A stretch of 64,000 nucleotides of DNA from Candidatus Iainarchaeum sp. (GTDB lineage Archaea > Iainarchaeota > Iainarchaeia > Iainarchaeales > VGJJ01): assembly GCA_016699555.1 (NCBI GenBank), contig CP064981.1, forward strand, positions 247,876 to 311,875, written 5' to 3'. Numbering within the stretch: position 1 is the first letter of the stretch; every line of letters starts with the position of its first letter. The notes beneath the pieces were generated by a model. The model saw only the letters and a list, made by a program, of their open reading frames with translations, was not told where the DNA came from and did no database searches. The translations under genes were made by a program, and so were the position numbers. This document shows, one piece after another, positions 1 through 8,800 of the stretch.

Positions 1-1323
1 GAAATCATCCATGCTCTGCGTGTCAAAAATGAAACGCGAAGCGATCAATCCCAGCAAATGCATGCGCAAAATAGGTTCTCTTCCCACTTGCGAAGAGACA
101 GGCTCCATCTCGCCGCGGATATATTCTTCCATCACCGCGCTCGCTTCCAATTCATTCTTGCAGAGCACAATGCTCTCTCCCGCAGAATCATATTTGGGAC
201 GACCCGCGCGACCGGCCATCTGACGGTACTCGCGAATGGGAATGGGTACCATCCCCCCAAAATCGAAGCGATGCAACGAAGTGATGATTACCCTGAATGA
301 GGGCAGATTAACCCCTGCCGCCAACGTCGGAGTGGCCGAAATCGTCTTGATGGCCCCGGCGCGGAAACCATTCTCGATCAATGAGCGTTGCGTCTGCACT
401 AGCCCCGCGTGATGGAATGCCGCCCCATTCTGCACCAGCGCGGAAAGCTTCTTGCATTGCTCGGTGGGAGACTCCAATGCATTCTCAATCTTCTTGGCGA
501 TCTTCACCAATTCCTTCTTGTCTTCGATTGTGAGGAATTTCTGCACCACTGCAGCGGATTGCTTCGCCAGCGACTCGGCACGCGGACGCGTATTCGCAAA
601 TACGAGCGCCTGCTTCTTCTTCTCCAACGTATTGGAAAGCATCGCCTCGATCGGATCGTCCTCGCGCGTCTTTTCTCGCGCGTTATCCTTGAACTCGATC
701 GTGCTCTCATAGTGCACGCCTTCCTTCAAGGGGACGGGACGGTAATTGGACTGGATCAATTCCGCTTGCAACCATGCAGCCAACTCATCCGAATTAGGGA
801 TCGTGGCAGAGAGCGCAATGATCTGCAATTTGGGATTCAGGATGCGCAGCTTCGTAATGATCATCTCGAGCGTAGGCCCGCGATCGCTATCCAGTTCGTG
901 CACTTCATCGATGATCAATGTACCCAATTGCTGCAACCAATCGGCGCGATGAACCAATAGCGAATTTAGTTTTTCATAGGTCGTGAAAACAAAATCGTAT
1001 TGCGAGAGATACTTGGAAGAAGAATCCATGTCTCCCGTCGCAACCGCCATGCGGATGTTCTGCTGCTTGGAATACTTGTCCTGGAAATCAGTATAGTGCT
1101 CGTTCGCCAACGCGCGCAAGGGGCACGTGTACATGGCCTTCTTGCGCTTGTTGAGGATGGAATTCAACCCCGTGAGCTCGGCAATGATCGTCTTACCGGA
1201 AGCCGTCGGAGAGGCCACGACCATATTCTTGCCATCCCAAGGCGCTTGTAGCACTAACTGCTGCATGGGATTGTAGTCCGAAAAACCATTGGTCTGCTGC
1301 ACCAGCTCAGGGATGTTAACCAT
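1..1323 (-). CDS. Ski2/Hel308-type superfamily-2 helicase, N-terminal ~440 aa (3' end of the gene lies beyond the left edge)
   Basis: Not in the ORF track because there is no stop inside the window. My minus-strand translation from ATG 1323-1321 reads MVNIPELVQQTNGFSDYNPMQQ...VVASPTASGKT (Walker A)...LIIDEVHEL (DEVH box)...ALSATIPN (motif III)...AFHHAGL...AAGVNLP...QMAGRAGRP (motif VI), open to position 1. Confidence 0.85.
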   Translation of the reverse strand, partial: MVNIPELVQQTNGFSDYNPMQQLVLQAPWDGKNMVVASPTASGKTIIAELTGLNSILNKRKKAMYTCPLRALANEHYTDFQDKYSKQQNIRMAVATGDMDSSSKYLSQYDFVFTTYEKLNSLLVHRADWLQQLGTLIIDEVHELDSDRGPTLEMIITKLRILNPKLQIIALSATIPNSDELAAWLQAELIQSNYRPVPLKEGVHYESTIEFKDNAREKTREDDPIEAMLSNTLEKKKQALVFANTRPRAESLAKQSAAVVQKFLTIEDKKELVKIAKKIENALESPTEQCKKLSALVQNGAAFHHAGLVQTQRSLIENGFRAGAIKTISATPTLAAGVNLPSFRVIITSLHRFDFGGMVPIPIREYRQMAGRAGRPKYDSAGESIVLCKNELEASAVMEEYIRGEMEPVSSQVGREPILRMHLLGLIASRFIFDTQSMDDF

Positions 1324-1399
1324 AGTCAAATGGCGTAAGAAGGGGATTTTAATGCCATTCCGAGAAGAACGCCAAAGGCCTCAGCAAGAGCGGATGAGA

Positions 1400-2824
1400 C
1401 TACCATTTCAGCGGCTGGTCCTGCACATACTCTTTGTTCATGCGGATGCATATCGCAGCGCGCTGCAATTCCTGTCCCAAATAGAACGCATGATCGATAC
1501 GCGAAATCAGATTCGAGTGAGCCAGTTGCGTGAATAATTCCTCCAACAACTGCTTCTCATCCATCTTCGTGTTATGGAAAATAAAAGGCGTCTTTTTCCC
1601 GTCAGGCGTAAAGTGCTGCAAGAGAATCAACTTCTCCCCTTCTTTCACTCCCGGAACAATCGAAATCACGAAGTTGCCGCGTGGGTCGGGAGAGAAGCGA
1701 TAGTTTCCCGCCAAATAATGCTTCTTCAACACCTCTTTGGCTTCTTCCCAGCGCGGCTGATAGACATGCGCCGAAACGGAAAGACAAACCATTTGGCCAG
1801 CGGGAAGGCCCACTTCGCGCGCCATCATCTGTTGCAACTCTCGAAGGCCATACATGTTGAGCGGCCAACCCTCATACATGTCATGCGAACGAAACGAACA
1901 CGTCTGATGCAACTTTCCATGCGAAACACTCCACACGATCTGCGTCAAGCAAGGAGGATTCTTATTCTGCTTCTGATCCTCATCCAGTCTCCACGTCACG
2001 GCGATCGCGCGGCGCGTGTAAGGGACTTCCTTCAAGTAATCAATGGCATTCTGCACCTGATCGATGCGCTCGCGCAAGCGCGAACCATACGTATAAACCA
2101 CATTCTCGGGCTTTTCATGCGAAGTGAGTTTTGGAATATAATCCTTCAATGCGTTCGCGTCGCAGGGCATGAATGGAGGAATGGACGGTTCGTCTCCCTC
2201 AATGACTGCAACGATGTCGATGCACTCCTTCATTTTCGTCTCGTGTTCCGTTGGCTTTTCCTCTCCGAACTTCATCACGTGATCCAAGACCTTCAGCCAT
2301 CCCTGGGAAATCGTCGAAGCGCGCACCAAAAAACCCACTTTCTCGGAATCGTGCATGGGGAATTCTTCCAATTTGGGCTCGGGAAACTCTTTTGCCGCAG
2401 CGAAAGGAGGCAATTGCTCCAATGAAGCAATTGTTTTGGACAATTCATCCACCGGCTTCCCGCGCAAATCAAAGAACCTCACATGCTTGCGCAACACGTC
2501 CAAATCGTGCACGGGAATCTCTTTCTGGAAAGAAAAATTCGTTCCAACCACTTTGCCTTGCGCATCCACTCCCTGCTCAAAGAAAGACTTGATGACATCC
2601 CCTGTATGCGTCATGTCGCTCCCGAAAACCACCAAGTAACGCCAGTGGGGGTTGGAATAGATCCCGCGCACGATGGTGTTGATCCCATCCATCGAATAGA
2701 GATTCGCACAAATAGCAAACTTTTCCTTGGGAAGACGCTCCGCAATGGGTTTTGCCAGCGTCCAGAGGGTACAAATGGCCGTATTGGCCTGCATATCCCC
2801 TACAATAAACGAATCGGCAGCCAT
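1400..2824 (-). CDS. thyA: Thymidylate synthase (ThyA family) with extra N- and C-terminal domains
   Basis: 474-aa ORF. The central part carries ThyA-type motifs: YTYGSRLR, PYTRRAIAVTW, NPPCLTQIVW (catalytic-type Cys), FRSHDMYEGWPLN, SAHVY. The C-terminal DHAFYLGQELQRA...YVQD looks DUF4346-like. The N-terminal ~170 aa is a separate domain. Confidence 0.7.
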   Translation of the reverse strand: MAADSFIVGDMQANTAICTLWTLAKPIAERLPKEKFAICANLYSMDGINTIVRGIYSNPHWRYLVVFGSDMTHTGDVIKSFFEQGVDAQGKVVGTNFSFQKEIPVHDLDVLRKHVRFFDLRGKPVDELSKTIASLEQLPPFAAAKEFPEPKLEEFPMHDSEKVGFLVRASTISQGWLKVLDHVMKFGEEKPTEHETKMKECIDIVAVIEGDEPSIPPFMPCDANALKDYIPKLTSHEKPENVVYTYGSRLRERIDQVQNAIDYLKEVPYTRRAIAVTWRLDEDQKQNKNPPCLTQIVWSVSHGKLHQTCSFRSHDMYEGWPLNMYGLRELQQMMAREVGLPAGQMVCLSVSAHVYQPRWEEAKEVLKKHYLAGNYRFSPDPRGNFVISIVPGVKEGEKLILLQHFTPDGKKTPFIFHNTKMDEKQLLEELFTQLAHSNLISRIDHAFYLGQELQRAAICIRMNKEYVQDQPLKW

Positions 2825-2892
2825 CCAATCACTAACCGTTTATAGGCATTTTAAGGTTTGGGTGCAATGCCGAGAGTGAAGCATCGGGCGCA

Positions 2893-3570
2893 TTAACGCT
2901 CTTTGCTCCAGCGCAATAGCTCCCGCAATGAAGCGAGCTGGGACTCGATCTCCAGCAACTTCGCCTCCGTCTTCTCCAACTGCGAAGACGAAATATGCAA
3001 CTGCAACTCCTTCTGCTGATCCGCATTCTTCGCCAAACCCTCATGATGCTGATACGCCGGCGAATGCTTGACGGTTTCTAACAACTGCGCACGATAATCC
3101 GGATTATGCACAAAATTCTGGATCATGGGACGATACTTCTCATTGGCGATCAGCTTGGACCTGATCCCGATGGACTTCGCGGCGGAACGATACTCCTTAT
3201 CCGTCGCATTCTTCGTCAGGTGCTGCCAGAAGAGAGGATCGACGAGCTTCTTGGCGTGCTGCACCACATCACGCGTGCGCGCTTTTGCATGCGTCAACTG
3301 CCAATTCCATTTGCTCGAAAAGAAACGCTTCCTTTTCTCTTCCAACTCATCGATTTGCAGCTGCAACTTATCTGTGGGAGGATAGATGAGCGAAGGCCAA
3401 TCCTTGAATTGGAGTGTTCCCTCCTCCGAACGAGGAAATTCCACCTGGATGATTCCCTTGCGCCCAAAATACTGCTCCAGGGCCTTCTTGCGCTGTGCAT
3501 CGCGCGAAAGGAAGTCCGCCCCATCGCATTTCTTCTCGAACGAAGCGATGGATTCGATGACTTCCGGCAT
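2893..3570 (-). CDS. Hypothetical protein with C-terminal coiled-coil-like segment
   Basis: 225-aa ORF with protein-like composition and no motif I recognise. The opposite-strand ORFs over it are low-complexity shadows. Confidence 0.55.
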   Translation of the reverse strand: MPEVIESIASFEKKCDGADFLSRDAQRKKALEQYFGRKGIIQVEFPRSEEGTLQFKDWPSLIYPPTDKLQLQIDELEEKRKRFFSSKWNWQLTHAKARTRDVVQHAKKLVDPLFWQHLTKNATDKEYRSAAKSIGIRSKLIANEKYRPMIQNFVHNPDYRAQLLETVKHSPAYQHHEGLAKNADQQKELQLHISSSQLEKTEAKLLEIESQLASLRELLRWSKER

Positions 3571-3683
3571 ACCCAGAAAGAATCCATGTAAGGTTAAAAG
3601 CTGCCAGCATTTCCCGCAATGCAGGGCCAGCCATAAAAGGATGTTGGTGCCTTTTTTCTTCTATCGCAATGGAGTGATGAACC

Positions 3684-4034
3684 ATGTTTCCAGGATTAGG
3701 CGGAATGAACCCAGCCCAAATGAAAGGAATGATGAAACAGCTCGGAATCAAGAGCGACGAATTAGACGCGCAAAAAGTGACCATCGAACTCAGCAATGGA
3801 AAGACCATCATCTTCAACAATCCCCAAGTCACCGTAGTGGAAATGAAGAACGCCAAATCCTACACCATCTCCGGCGAAGCCATCGAAAGCGAAGGGCACG
3901 AAGGCGTTTCGGCCGAAGACATCGAACTAGTCAAAGCCCAAACCGAGTGCTCCGACGAAGACGCACGCGCGGCATTGGAAGAAAGCAATGGCGACATTGC
4001 AGAAGCCATTGCAAGCCTGAAGAAAGAAGAATGA
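3684..4034 (+). CDS. nac: Nascent polypeptide-associated complex protein (archaeal NAC alpha: NAC + UBA domains)
   Basis: 116 aa. MNPAQMKGMMKQLGIK...VTIELSNGKTIIFNNPQVTVVEM (NAC domain) and C-terminal DIELVKAQTECSDEDARAALEESNGDIAEAI (UBA-like). GGAG upstream of the ATG. Confidence 0.9.
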   Translation: MFPGLGGMNPAQMKGMMKQLGIKSDELDAQKVTIELSNGKTIIFNNPQVTVVEMKNAKSYTISGEAIESEGHEGVSAEDIELVKAQTECSDEDARAALEESNGDIAEAIASLKKEE

Positions 4035-4052
4035 ACCCATCGAGTGCGAACT

Positions 4053-4088
4053 AAAAAAAAGAAATCAAGCACGTCCGCGGACGTGCTT
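4053..4088 (-). terminator. Hairpin + T8 terminator-like structure between convergent nac and the small membrane-protein gene
   Basis: Perfect palindrome AAGCACGTCC-GC-GGACGTGCTT (4067-4088), followed on the minus strand by T8 (4053-4060). Confidence 0.55.
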
Positions 4089-4295
4089 CTTATTGCGCAA
4101 CATGCGGGAAAACTTCATCCCGTTCAACAAATGCTCCATCGAAGCATGCATGGCTTTCATGCGTGTCCTCGTGCGCGTATGATGGGATGACACCATCTCC
4201 GTGAGACGGATGTAAATCAAAATACTCAACACGATCTGAACCACTTGCGCAATGAAGAGCAGGAGTAAATCCAAACGACCATCAAAGATACCCAT
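4065..4295 (-). CDS. Small single-pass membrane protein with basic tail
   Basis: 76-aa ORF. Hydrophobic LDLLLLFIAQVVQIVLSILIYI followed by a basic tail. The last codons lie in a 10-bp hairpin followed by T8 (minus strand). Confidence 0.5.
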   Translation of the reverse strand: MGIFDGRLDLLLLFIAQVVQIVLSILIYIRLTEMVSSHHTRTRTRMKAMHASMEHLLNGMKFSRMLRNKKHVRGRA

Positions 4296-4301
4296 GGAAA
4301 A

Positions 4302-4409
4302 CTACCTCGACTGCAGCTGAGCGAGCTTGAATAAGATCAAGACACCCATTACGATGCTCACGACCTGAGCAATGAACACAATAAATGTTCCCATATCCGC
4401 GAACAGCAT
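4302..4409 (-). CDS. Mini membrane protein, paralogue of the downstream 76-aa protein (short start preferred over the 75-aa TTG-start ORF 4302..4529)
   Basis: MLFADMGTFIVFIAQVVSIVMGVLILFKLAQLQSR shares the FIAQVV-IV core with 4065..4295. GGAGGTGAGG lies upstream of ATG 4409 and TATA-like TTTATATA at 4450-4457 (minus). The N-terminal half of the long ORF would be encoded by a copy of a repeated hairpin element. Confidence 0.35.
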   Translation of the reverse strand: MLFADMGTFIVFIAQVVSIVMGVLILFKLAQLQSR

Positions 4410-4457
4410 AGGAGAAAACACCTCACCTCCTAAGCCAAAAAAGCTGACTATATAAAT

Positions 4458-4508
4458 CCACAGTTTCGGCTGTGGGGTGCGAGAACGAGGAATTGCGACT
4501 GCAATTCC
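4458..4508 (+). repeat. Bipartite hairpin element, copy E
   Basis: CCACAG-TTTCGG-CTGTGG (4458-4475), GGTGCGAGAACGA, GGAATTGC-GACT-GCAATTCC (4489-4508). Confidence 0.7.
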
Positions 4509-4570
4509 CCCTTGGATGAACACTTCCAAGGGCTAATGAGTCGTCGCCCAAAGCTAAGCACGCCGAAATC

Positions 4571-4594
4571 CAGGCACAACGACGGTTGTGCCTG
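4571..4594 (-). terminator. 10-bp perfect hairpin just downstream of the 451-aa surface-protein gene
   Basis: CAGGCACAAC-GACG-GTTGTGCCTG, 11 nt beyond the stop (minus strand). There is no strong U-tract, so terminator function is uncertain. Confidence 0.35.
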
Positions 4595-4604
4595 TCCGAC
4601 GCAA

Positions 4605-5960
4605 TCAGGGGGTTACCACTTCCAACGCCGATGCCTCCACCAACTCATCGCGGATGAGTGTGGCCGAGACCTGCACCGTGACATCGTTTCCGATCGCATG
4701 GCCGGGAAGCAAGTATGCATTCAGCTTGGAATCGGGCACCGCATAAGAGGCGTTGCCGTCTCCCAACGAAGCGATGGAAAGGATCCCCGGCTGATAGGAC
4801 TGGATTAACGCATTCGCATCCAAGGACAAGAAATAATGCTCAATCGCATCCGAGGCCTGCTGCGTATTCTGCGCGGTCGTGTTCACGTCCACCAACAACT
4901 GCGTCTGAGGCTCGGTGAACTCCAACGGCACATTCGTCTGCAACGAAGACTCGATCGCCTGCGTCAACAACAGCTTCGCCTCGGCTAATGTAACATTCCC
5001 CAATCCCACAAGCAATGCATTCGCATCCGTACCGAACGAAACGAATTGGGTCCCGTTCGCCTGCACGAACCCGTTGATATCGTCCATGACCGCATCGGAT
5101 TGCGGCAGATGAACCACTAACACATTATCGCGACGCGGAATCAACACATTATCAATTCCCCCCACGGAAGGAATCGCGTTCAGCGAATTCTGGATCATCG
5201 CTTCCGAGAAATTGGGGAAGTAATGGATGGAACCCGTCACAATCAGCTTCGACTGCAGCTCCAAGACAGGCGCCGTAATGGAAAGCGAAAGCGGAGACGG
5301 GCTCTGCGACACATTCTGCGACTCAAACAAGAACGCATTCACGACTTGGTTTCCCTGCATGACGATTTGGAGCGGCCCCATGACCTTATCCCCGGGACGC
5401 GTGTATAGGGTCGTGTATCCCAACACTTGATTGGAAGGAAGACGCACCGTTTCCGTCTTTCCATCCTCGCTCGCGGCTTGCACCTCAATAGGCGTTTCGA
5501 TGAGCGCCTGGAAATAGATCTCGGGAGAAGAAAACAACCCCGTCTCGAAAATGGAATCGATGAACAATTCCTTGTTCGCATCCGCCGTCAAGGAAATTTG
5601 ACCCAAATAACTCACCGCGCCCGAATTGAAATCCAACTTCGTGAATTGCGATTGCACCGCACGCACGCCCGGAATGGAACTGATCGCCTCATCCAACGCC
5701 GTCTTATCCGTCTCCGAGGTTTGCGAAATGATCACGGCAGAAGGGAACAAATCCTTCACGGTCGCCTCCACCTCATTGGAAACCAACGTGCGCGTGACAC
5801 CATTGTTGGGATCGTCCGGATTCGTCGTCGTATCATCCTGCGTCGTCGAAGCCAAATAGACCGCTGCACCGGAAAGCAACATCAATGCAATCACGGCAAT
5901 CGCGCCCCACTTGATGAGGGGAGATCTTTCGGTAGTAGTGCTCAGCGCCATGACAATCAC
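4605..5960 (-). CDS. N-terminally membrane-anchored extracellular protein, function unknown
   Basis: 451-aa ORF. TM segment WGAIAVIALMLLSGAAVYL, then a T/D/N-rich linker and a long non-repetitive ectodomain. Confidence 0.7.
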   Translation of the reverse strand: MIVMALSTTTERSPLIKWGAIAVIALMLLSGAAVYLASTTQDDTTTNPDDPNNGVTRTLVSNEVEATVKDLFPSAVIISQTSETDKTALDEAISSIPGVRAVQSQFTKLDFNSGAVSYLGQISLTADANKELFIDSIFETGLFSSPEIYFQALIETPIEVQAASEDGKTETVRLPSNQVLGYTTLYTRPGDKVMGPLQIVMQGNQVVNAFLFESQNVSQSPSPLSLSITAPVLELQSKLIVTGSIHYFPNFSEAMIQNSLNAIPSVGGIDNVLIPRRDNVLVVHLPQSDAVMDDINGFVQANGTQFVSFGTDANALLVGLGNVTLAEAKLLLTQAIESSLQTNVPLEFTEPQTQLLVDVNTTAQNTQQASDAIEHYFLSLDANALIQSYQPGILSIASLGDGNASYAVPDSKLNAYLLPGHAIGNDVTVQVSATLIRDELVEASALEVVTP

Positions 5961-6091
5961 GTTCCTGTTGGGGATGTGCCTTTACCATTTCCCTATGGCC
6001 AGGTAAAAGCCGAATAGGGAACCGAAGCCCTGTAAAGGGTTAAAAAAGGCTTGTCGGGGGACATTGCCTATTCAAAAGGAGCGATTATCCT

Positions 6092-6838
6092 ATGCAAAAA
6101 GGCGAAATCATCAGCATCGAGTTCACGGGAAAAGACGTCACAACGGGAAACGTCTTTGACACCACCAACGAAGAACTCGCCAAAAAGAGCAAAATCTATG
6201 CCCAAAACCAAAAATATGGTCCCGTCATCGTTTCCGTCGGAAACGGCGAAGTCCTCCCGGGATTGGATCACGCCCTGCAACAGATGAAAGCCGGAGAAAC
6301 CAAGACCGTCAAACTCACCCCCAAAGACGCCTTCGGCGAACGCAATCCGGACTTGGTCAAAGTATTGCCATTGAACGAATTCAAGAAACACAACGTTTCC
6401 GCTGTACCTGGAACCGTCGTCAACGTCAATGACATGCACGGAAGAGTGCAAAGCGTCTCCGGCGGCCGCGTGAGAGTGGACTTCAACCCCGACCTCGCAG
6501 GAAGAGAGCTGGAATACGAATTGAAAGTAATCAAACAATTCTCCACCAACGAAGAAAAAGCACACGCCATCGCGCAGAAGATCTTCCCCGGACTGCAACA
6601 CGTGAATGTAAAGATTAACGGAGAAAAAGCCGAACTACACATTTCCGCACAACAATTGCACCTTGTGCAGCAACGCGAAGCCACCTTCGCCAAGGGAATC
6701 CTGGACGCCATTTCTTCCGTGAAGAAAGTCGAAGTCCTCCACAGCTATACCCAAGAAGACTTCAAGCACCTGCAAGAAATGCAGGCGCGCGGCGGACACT
6801 ACCACGAAGACGGCAGCTATCACGAAGGCGAGCACTAG
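6092..6838 (+). CDS. FKBP-type peptidyl-prolyl cis-trans isomerase (long archaeal type) with His-rich C-terminus
   Basis: 248 aa. VSVGNGEVLPGLDHALQQMKAGETKTVKLTPKDAFGERNPDLV is the FKBP core plus IF-insert pattern. Tail is GGHYHEDGSYHEGEH. AAGGAG lies before the ATG. Confidence 0.9.
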   Translation: MQKGEIISIEFTGKDVTTGNVFDTTNEELAKKSKIYAQNQKYGPVIVSVGNGEVLPGLDHALQQMKAGETKTVKLTPKDAFGERNPDLVKVLPLNEFKKHNVSAVPGTVVNVNDMHGRVQSVSGGRVRVDFNPDLAGRELEYELKVIKQFSTNEEKAHAIAQKIFPGLQHVNVKINGEKAELHISAQQLHLVQQREATFAKGILDAISSVKKVEVLHSYTQEDFKHLQEMQARGGHYHEDGSYHEGEH

Positions 6839-6852
6839 GCTCCCTTCTGCCT

Positions 6853-7863
6853 CTATTTCTTTTTAGGTTTAGGACCATACCACTTCATTGCGAGCCGGGC
6901 GAGATACAGGCGGTTCTCGGGTCGCGCCAACGAATCCAAAATCCACTGCGACGACTCAACCCCCTCTCTGCCGCGCGCTACGATGCGGCGGTTGATATTG
7001 AAGATGCCCGAGATGAGGTTGCCCAGCTCCTGCATACTATATCGGCGCAAAATCTTATTCTTCTCTCGTGGCGATAAACGATCCCAATGGCGTATTTTTT
7101 TTCGAACCGCTGCCTTCAGGGAATCCGCATACTCGCGGTGTGCGATTCTCTGCACGGCCTCTCGGATTTCGCGACGCGTCGTGTCACCAGGCCTTGGTGC
7201 CAGTGCAGTATCTCCTAGCCTGCGATTGAATTCGCCCATGAGCATCTGCCGTTGCAACGATTCATTCCCCAATTGCTGTTCTTTCTTAGCGCGCGCGAAC
7301 AAATCCTCCCCACGCGGCCCCAATATCCCCTCCGAACGCGGCGAACGGATTCCAGCGCTCTGGGACAACAAAAAGGCGCGGCCGAAGTCCACATCGGTGC
7401 GTTTTTCCATCTGAAGGACGAGGCGGGTGATGTCCGCATCGCGCAACGGCTTGCCGCGTTTCTTTCTTGCATTCAAAAATAACTCAATAAAAGCTGGACG
7501 AGCAAATGCTTCTTGCTTTTCTTTTGGGATTTGCTTAAGCAAATAATGAAATACATCAATCACTTTACCGGCTTCATGCAGGGACATGCGCATCCCTTTC
7601 TGTTCGGCCTGCGCGCGCACTCCTATAGTCATTTCCCGGTGCCGCTCGATGTCGCGTGCCTCCAAGAGAGTCAGATGCCTTCCTTTACGCTTATTCATCT
7701 GTGCCAACTGATTGCGCAAATACTGTCGTTCCACTTCAGGAGGGGTCAGCGTCGCAAACTCCATCCCATCTTTTCGGCCAAAATAACTTTCGCGATTCTT
7801 GCGATACCTATGCATTACTCTCCGGCGCAACACCGGGTCGCGCGAGGGATACTTTGGAGCCAT
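6853..7863 (-). CDS. Highly basic hypothetical protein (336 aa from ATG 7863; the track ORF starts at GTG 7905)
   Basis: Arg/Lys-rich throughout with no motif recognised. TATA-like AGTATATTATT (7885-7895, minus) lies ~22 nt upstream of ATG 7863, suggesting a leaderless start. Confidence 0.6.
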   Translation of the reverse strand: MAPKYPSRDPVLRRRVMHRYRKNRESYFGRKDGMEFATLTPPEVERQYLRNQLAQMNKRKGRHLTLLEARDIERHREMTIGVRAQAEQKGMRMSLHEAGKVIDVFHYLLKQIPKEKQEAFARPAFIELFLNARKKRGKPLRDADITRLVLQMEKRTDVDFGRAFLLSQSAGIRSPRSEGILGPRGEDLFARAKKEQQLGNESLQRQMLMGEFNRRLGDTALAPRPGDTTRREIREAVQRIAHREYADSLKAAVRKKIRHWDRLSPREKNKILRRYSMQELGNLISGIFNINRRIVARGREGVESSQWILDSLARPENRLYLARLAMKWYGPKPKKK

Positions 7864-7884
7864 ATCCACGAAAATCCAGCTCAC

Positions 7885-7895
7885 AATAATATACT
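7885..7895 (-). promoter_or_regulatory. TATA box for the basic 336-aa protein gene (leaderless geometry)
   Basis: AGTATATTATT on the minus strand, ~22 nt upstream of ATG 7863. Confidence 0.45.
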
Positions 7896-7942
7896 TTGTC
7901 CCCACTGCGGCGAAGTAATGTAGCCTCGTTTTCCGTGCTTAT

Positions 7943-7950
7943 TTATAAAT
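7943..7950 (+). promoter_or_regulatory. TATA box for psmB
   Basis: TTTATAAATGCTCAGGGGG. ATG 7994 is 44 nt downstream. Shares TATAAATGCTC..CAGGG with the tuf promoter. Confidence 0.55.
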
Positions 7951-7993
7951 GCTCAGGGGGTATTGGTTAACATAGGCTCCTACTTTTTGTGAG

Positions 7994-8653
7994 ATGATTT
8001 GTGTGCAAGCGATGACGAACGAGAACAAAAACATCTTGAAGACAGGTACGACCACCGTGGGTGTTCGCACCAAAGAATGCGTTGTTTTGGCAGCAGACCA
8101 AAAAGCCACCATGGGTTATTTCGTCGCAGGGACGGATACGAAAAAAGTATTCAAATTGACCGATCGCATCGCCATCACCATGGCCGGCGGCGTGGGAGAC
8201 GCCCAAACGCTCGTGCGATTCTTACGATCACAAGCCAAGCTATTCGAAATCGAACGCGAAACGGCCATTACCACCAAGGCACTCGTCACGTTCCTGAGCA
8301 ACATCCTCAGCAACTCGCGCTTCTACCCCTTCATGATTCAATTCATCGTGGGTGGTTATACGAATGGAACGGCAGCCATGTATAACATGGACATGGCCGG
8401 CGGCGTCTCGGGCGTCAACGACTACACCGTCACCGGATCCGGAAGCGAATTCGCCATGGGTGTGTTGGATAACCAATACAAAGCCAGCATGCGCCGCGAC
8501 GAAGCGGTAAAACTAGCCATTGCCGCCGTGAACGCCGGAAGGAAGCGCGACGCCGCTTCAGGCGGAGACAGCGTTACTGTTCTCGTCATCGACGACAAAG
8601 GCATCATGGAAATGGACCGCAAAGACGTGGACAAGATCCTCGCCGCCATGTAA
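7994..8653 (+). CDS. psmB: Proteasome subunit beta
   Basis: 219 aa. Propeptide, then TGTTTVGVRTKECVVLAADQKAT (N-terminal nucleophile Thr), GSGSEFAMG. Confidence 0.95.
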   Translation: MICVQAMTNENKNILKTGTTTVGVRTKECVVLAADQKATMGYFVAGTDTKKVFKLTDRIAITMAGGVGDAQTLVRFLRSQAKLFEIERETAITTKALVTFLSNILSNSRFYPFMIQFIVGGYTNGTAAMYNMDMAGGVSGVNDYTVTGSGSEFAMGVLDNQYKASMRRDEAVKLAIAAVNAGRKRDAASGGDSVTVLVIDDKGIMEMDRKDVDKILAAM

Positions 8654-8691
8654 GGTAACCCATCAAAAAGAACTCCCATTGCGACTTTCTC

Positions 8692-8715
8692 CCGCAAGCC
8701 ATCAACCGCTTGCGG
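8692..8715 (+). terminator. 8-bp hairpin downstream of psmB
   Basis: CCGCAAGC-CATCAACC-GCTTGCGG. A second hairpin TTCTCTC-ACCAAAA-GAGAGAA lies at 8734-8754. No clear T-run. Confidence 0.3.
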
Positions 8716-8800
8716 TTCACCATTACCATTTGCTTCTCTCACCAAAAGAGAGAAATAACCAAAAAATACAACGAGACCACCCGAAAATAGTGAAAACCAT

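Noticed and set aside
409-2425. Plus-strand ORFs 409..960 (183 aa) and 1574..2425 (283 aa)
   Set aside because: They are antisense to the Hel308-like helicase and to thyA respectively. They are Arg/Leu/His-rich with no motifs, while the minus-strand products carry clear family signatures.
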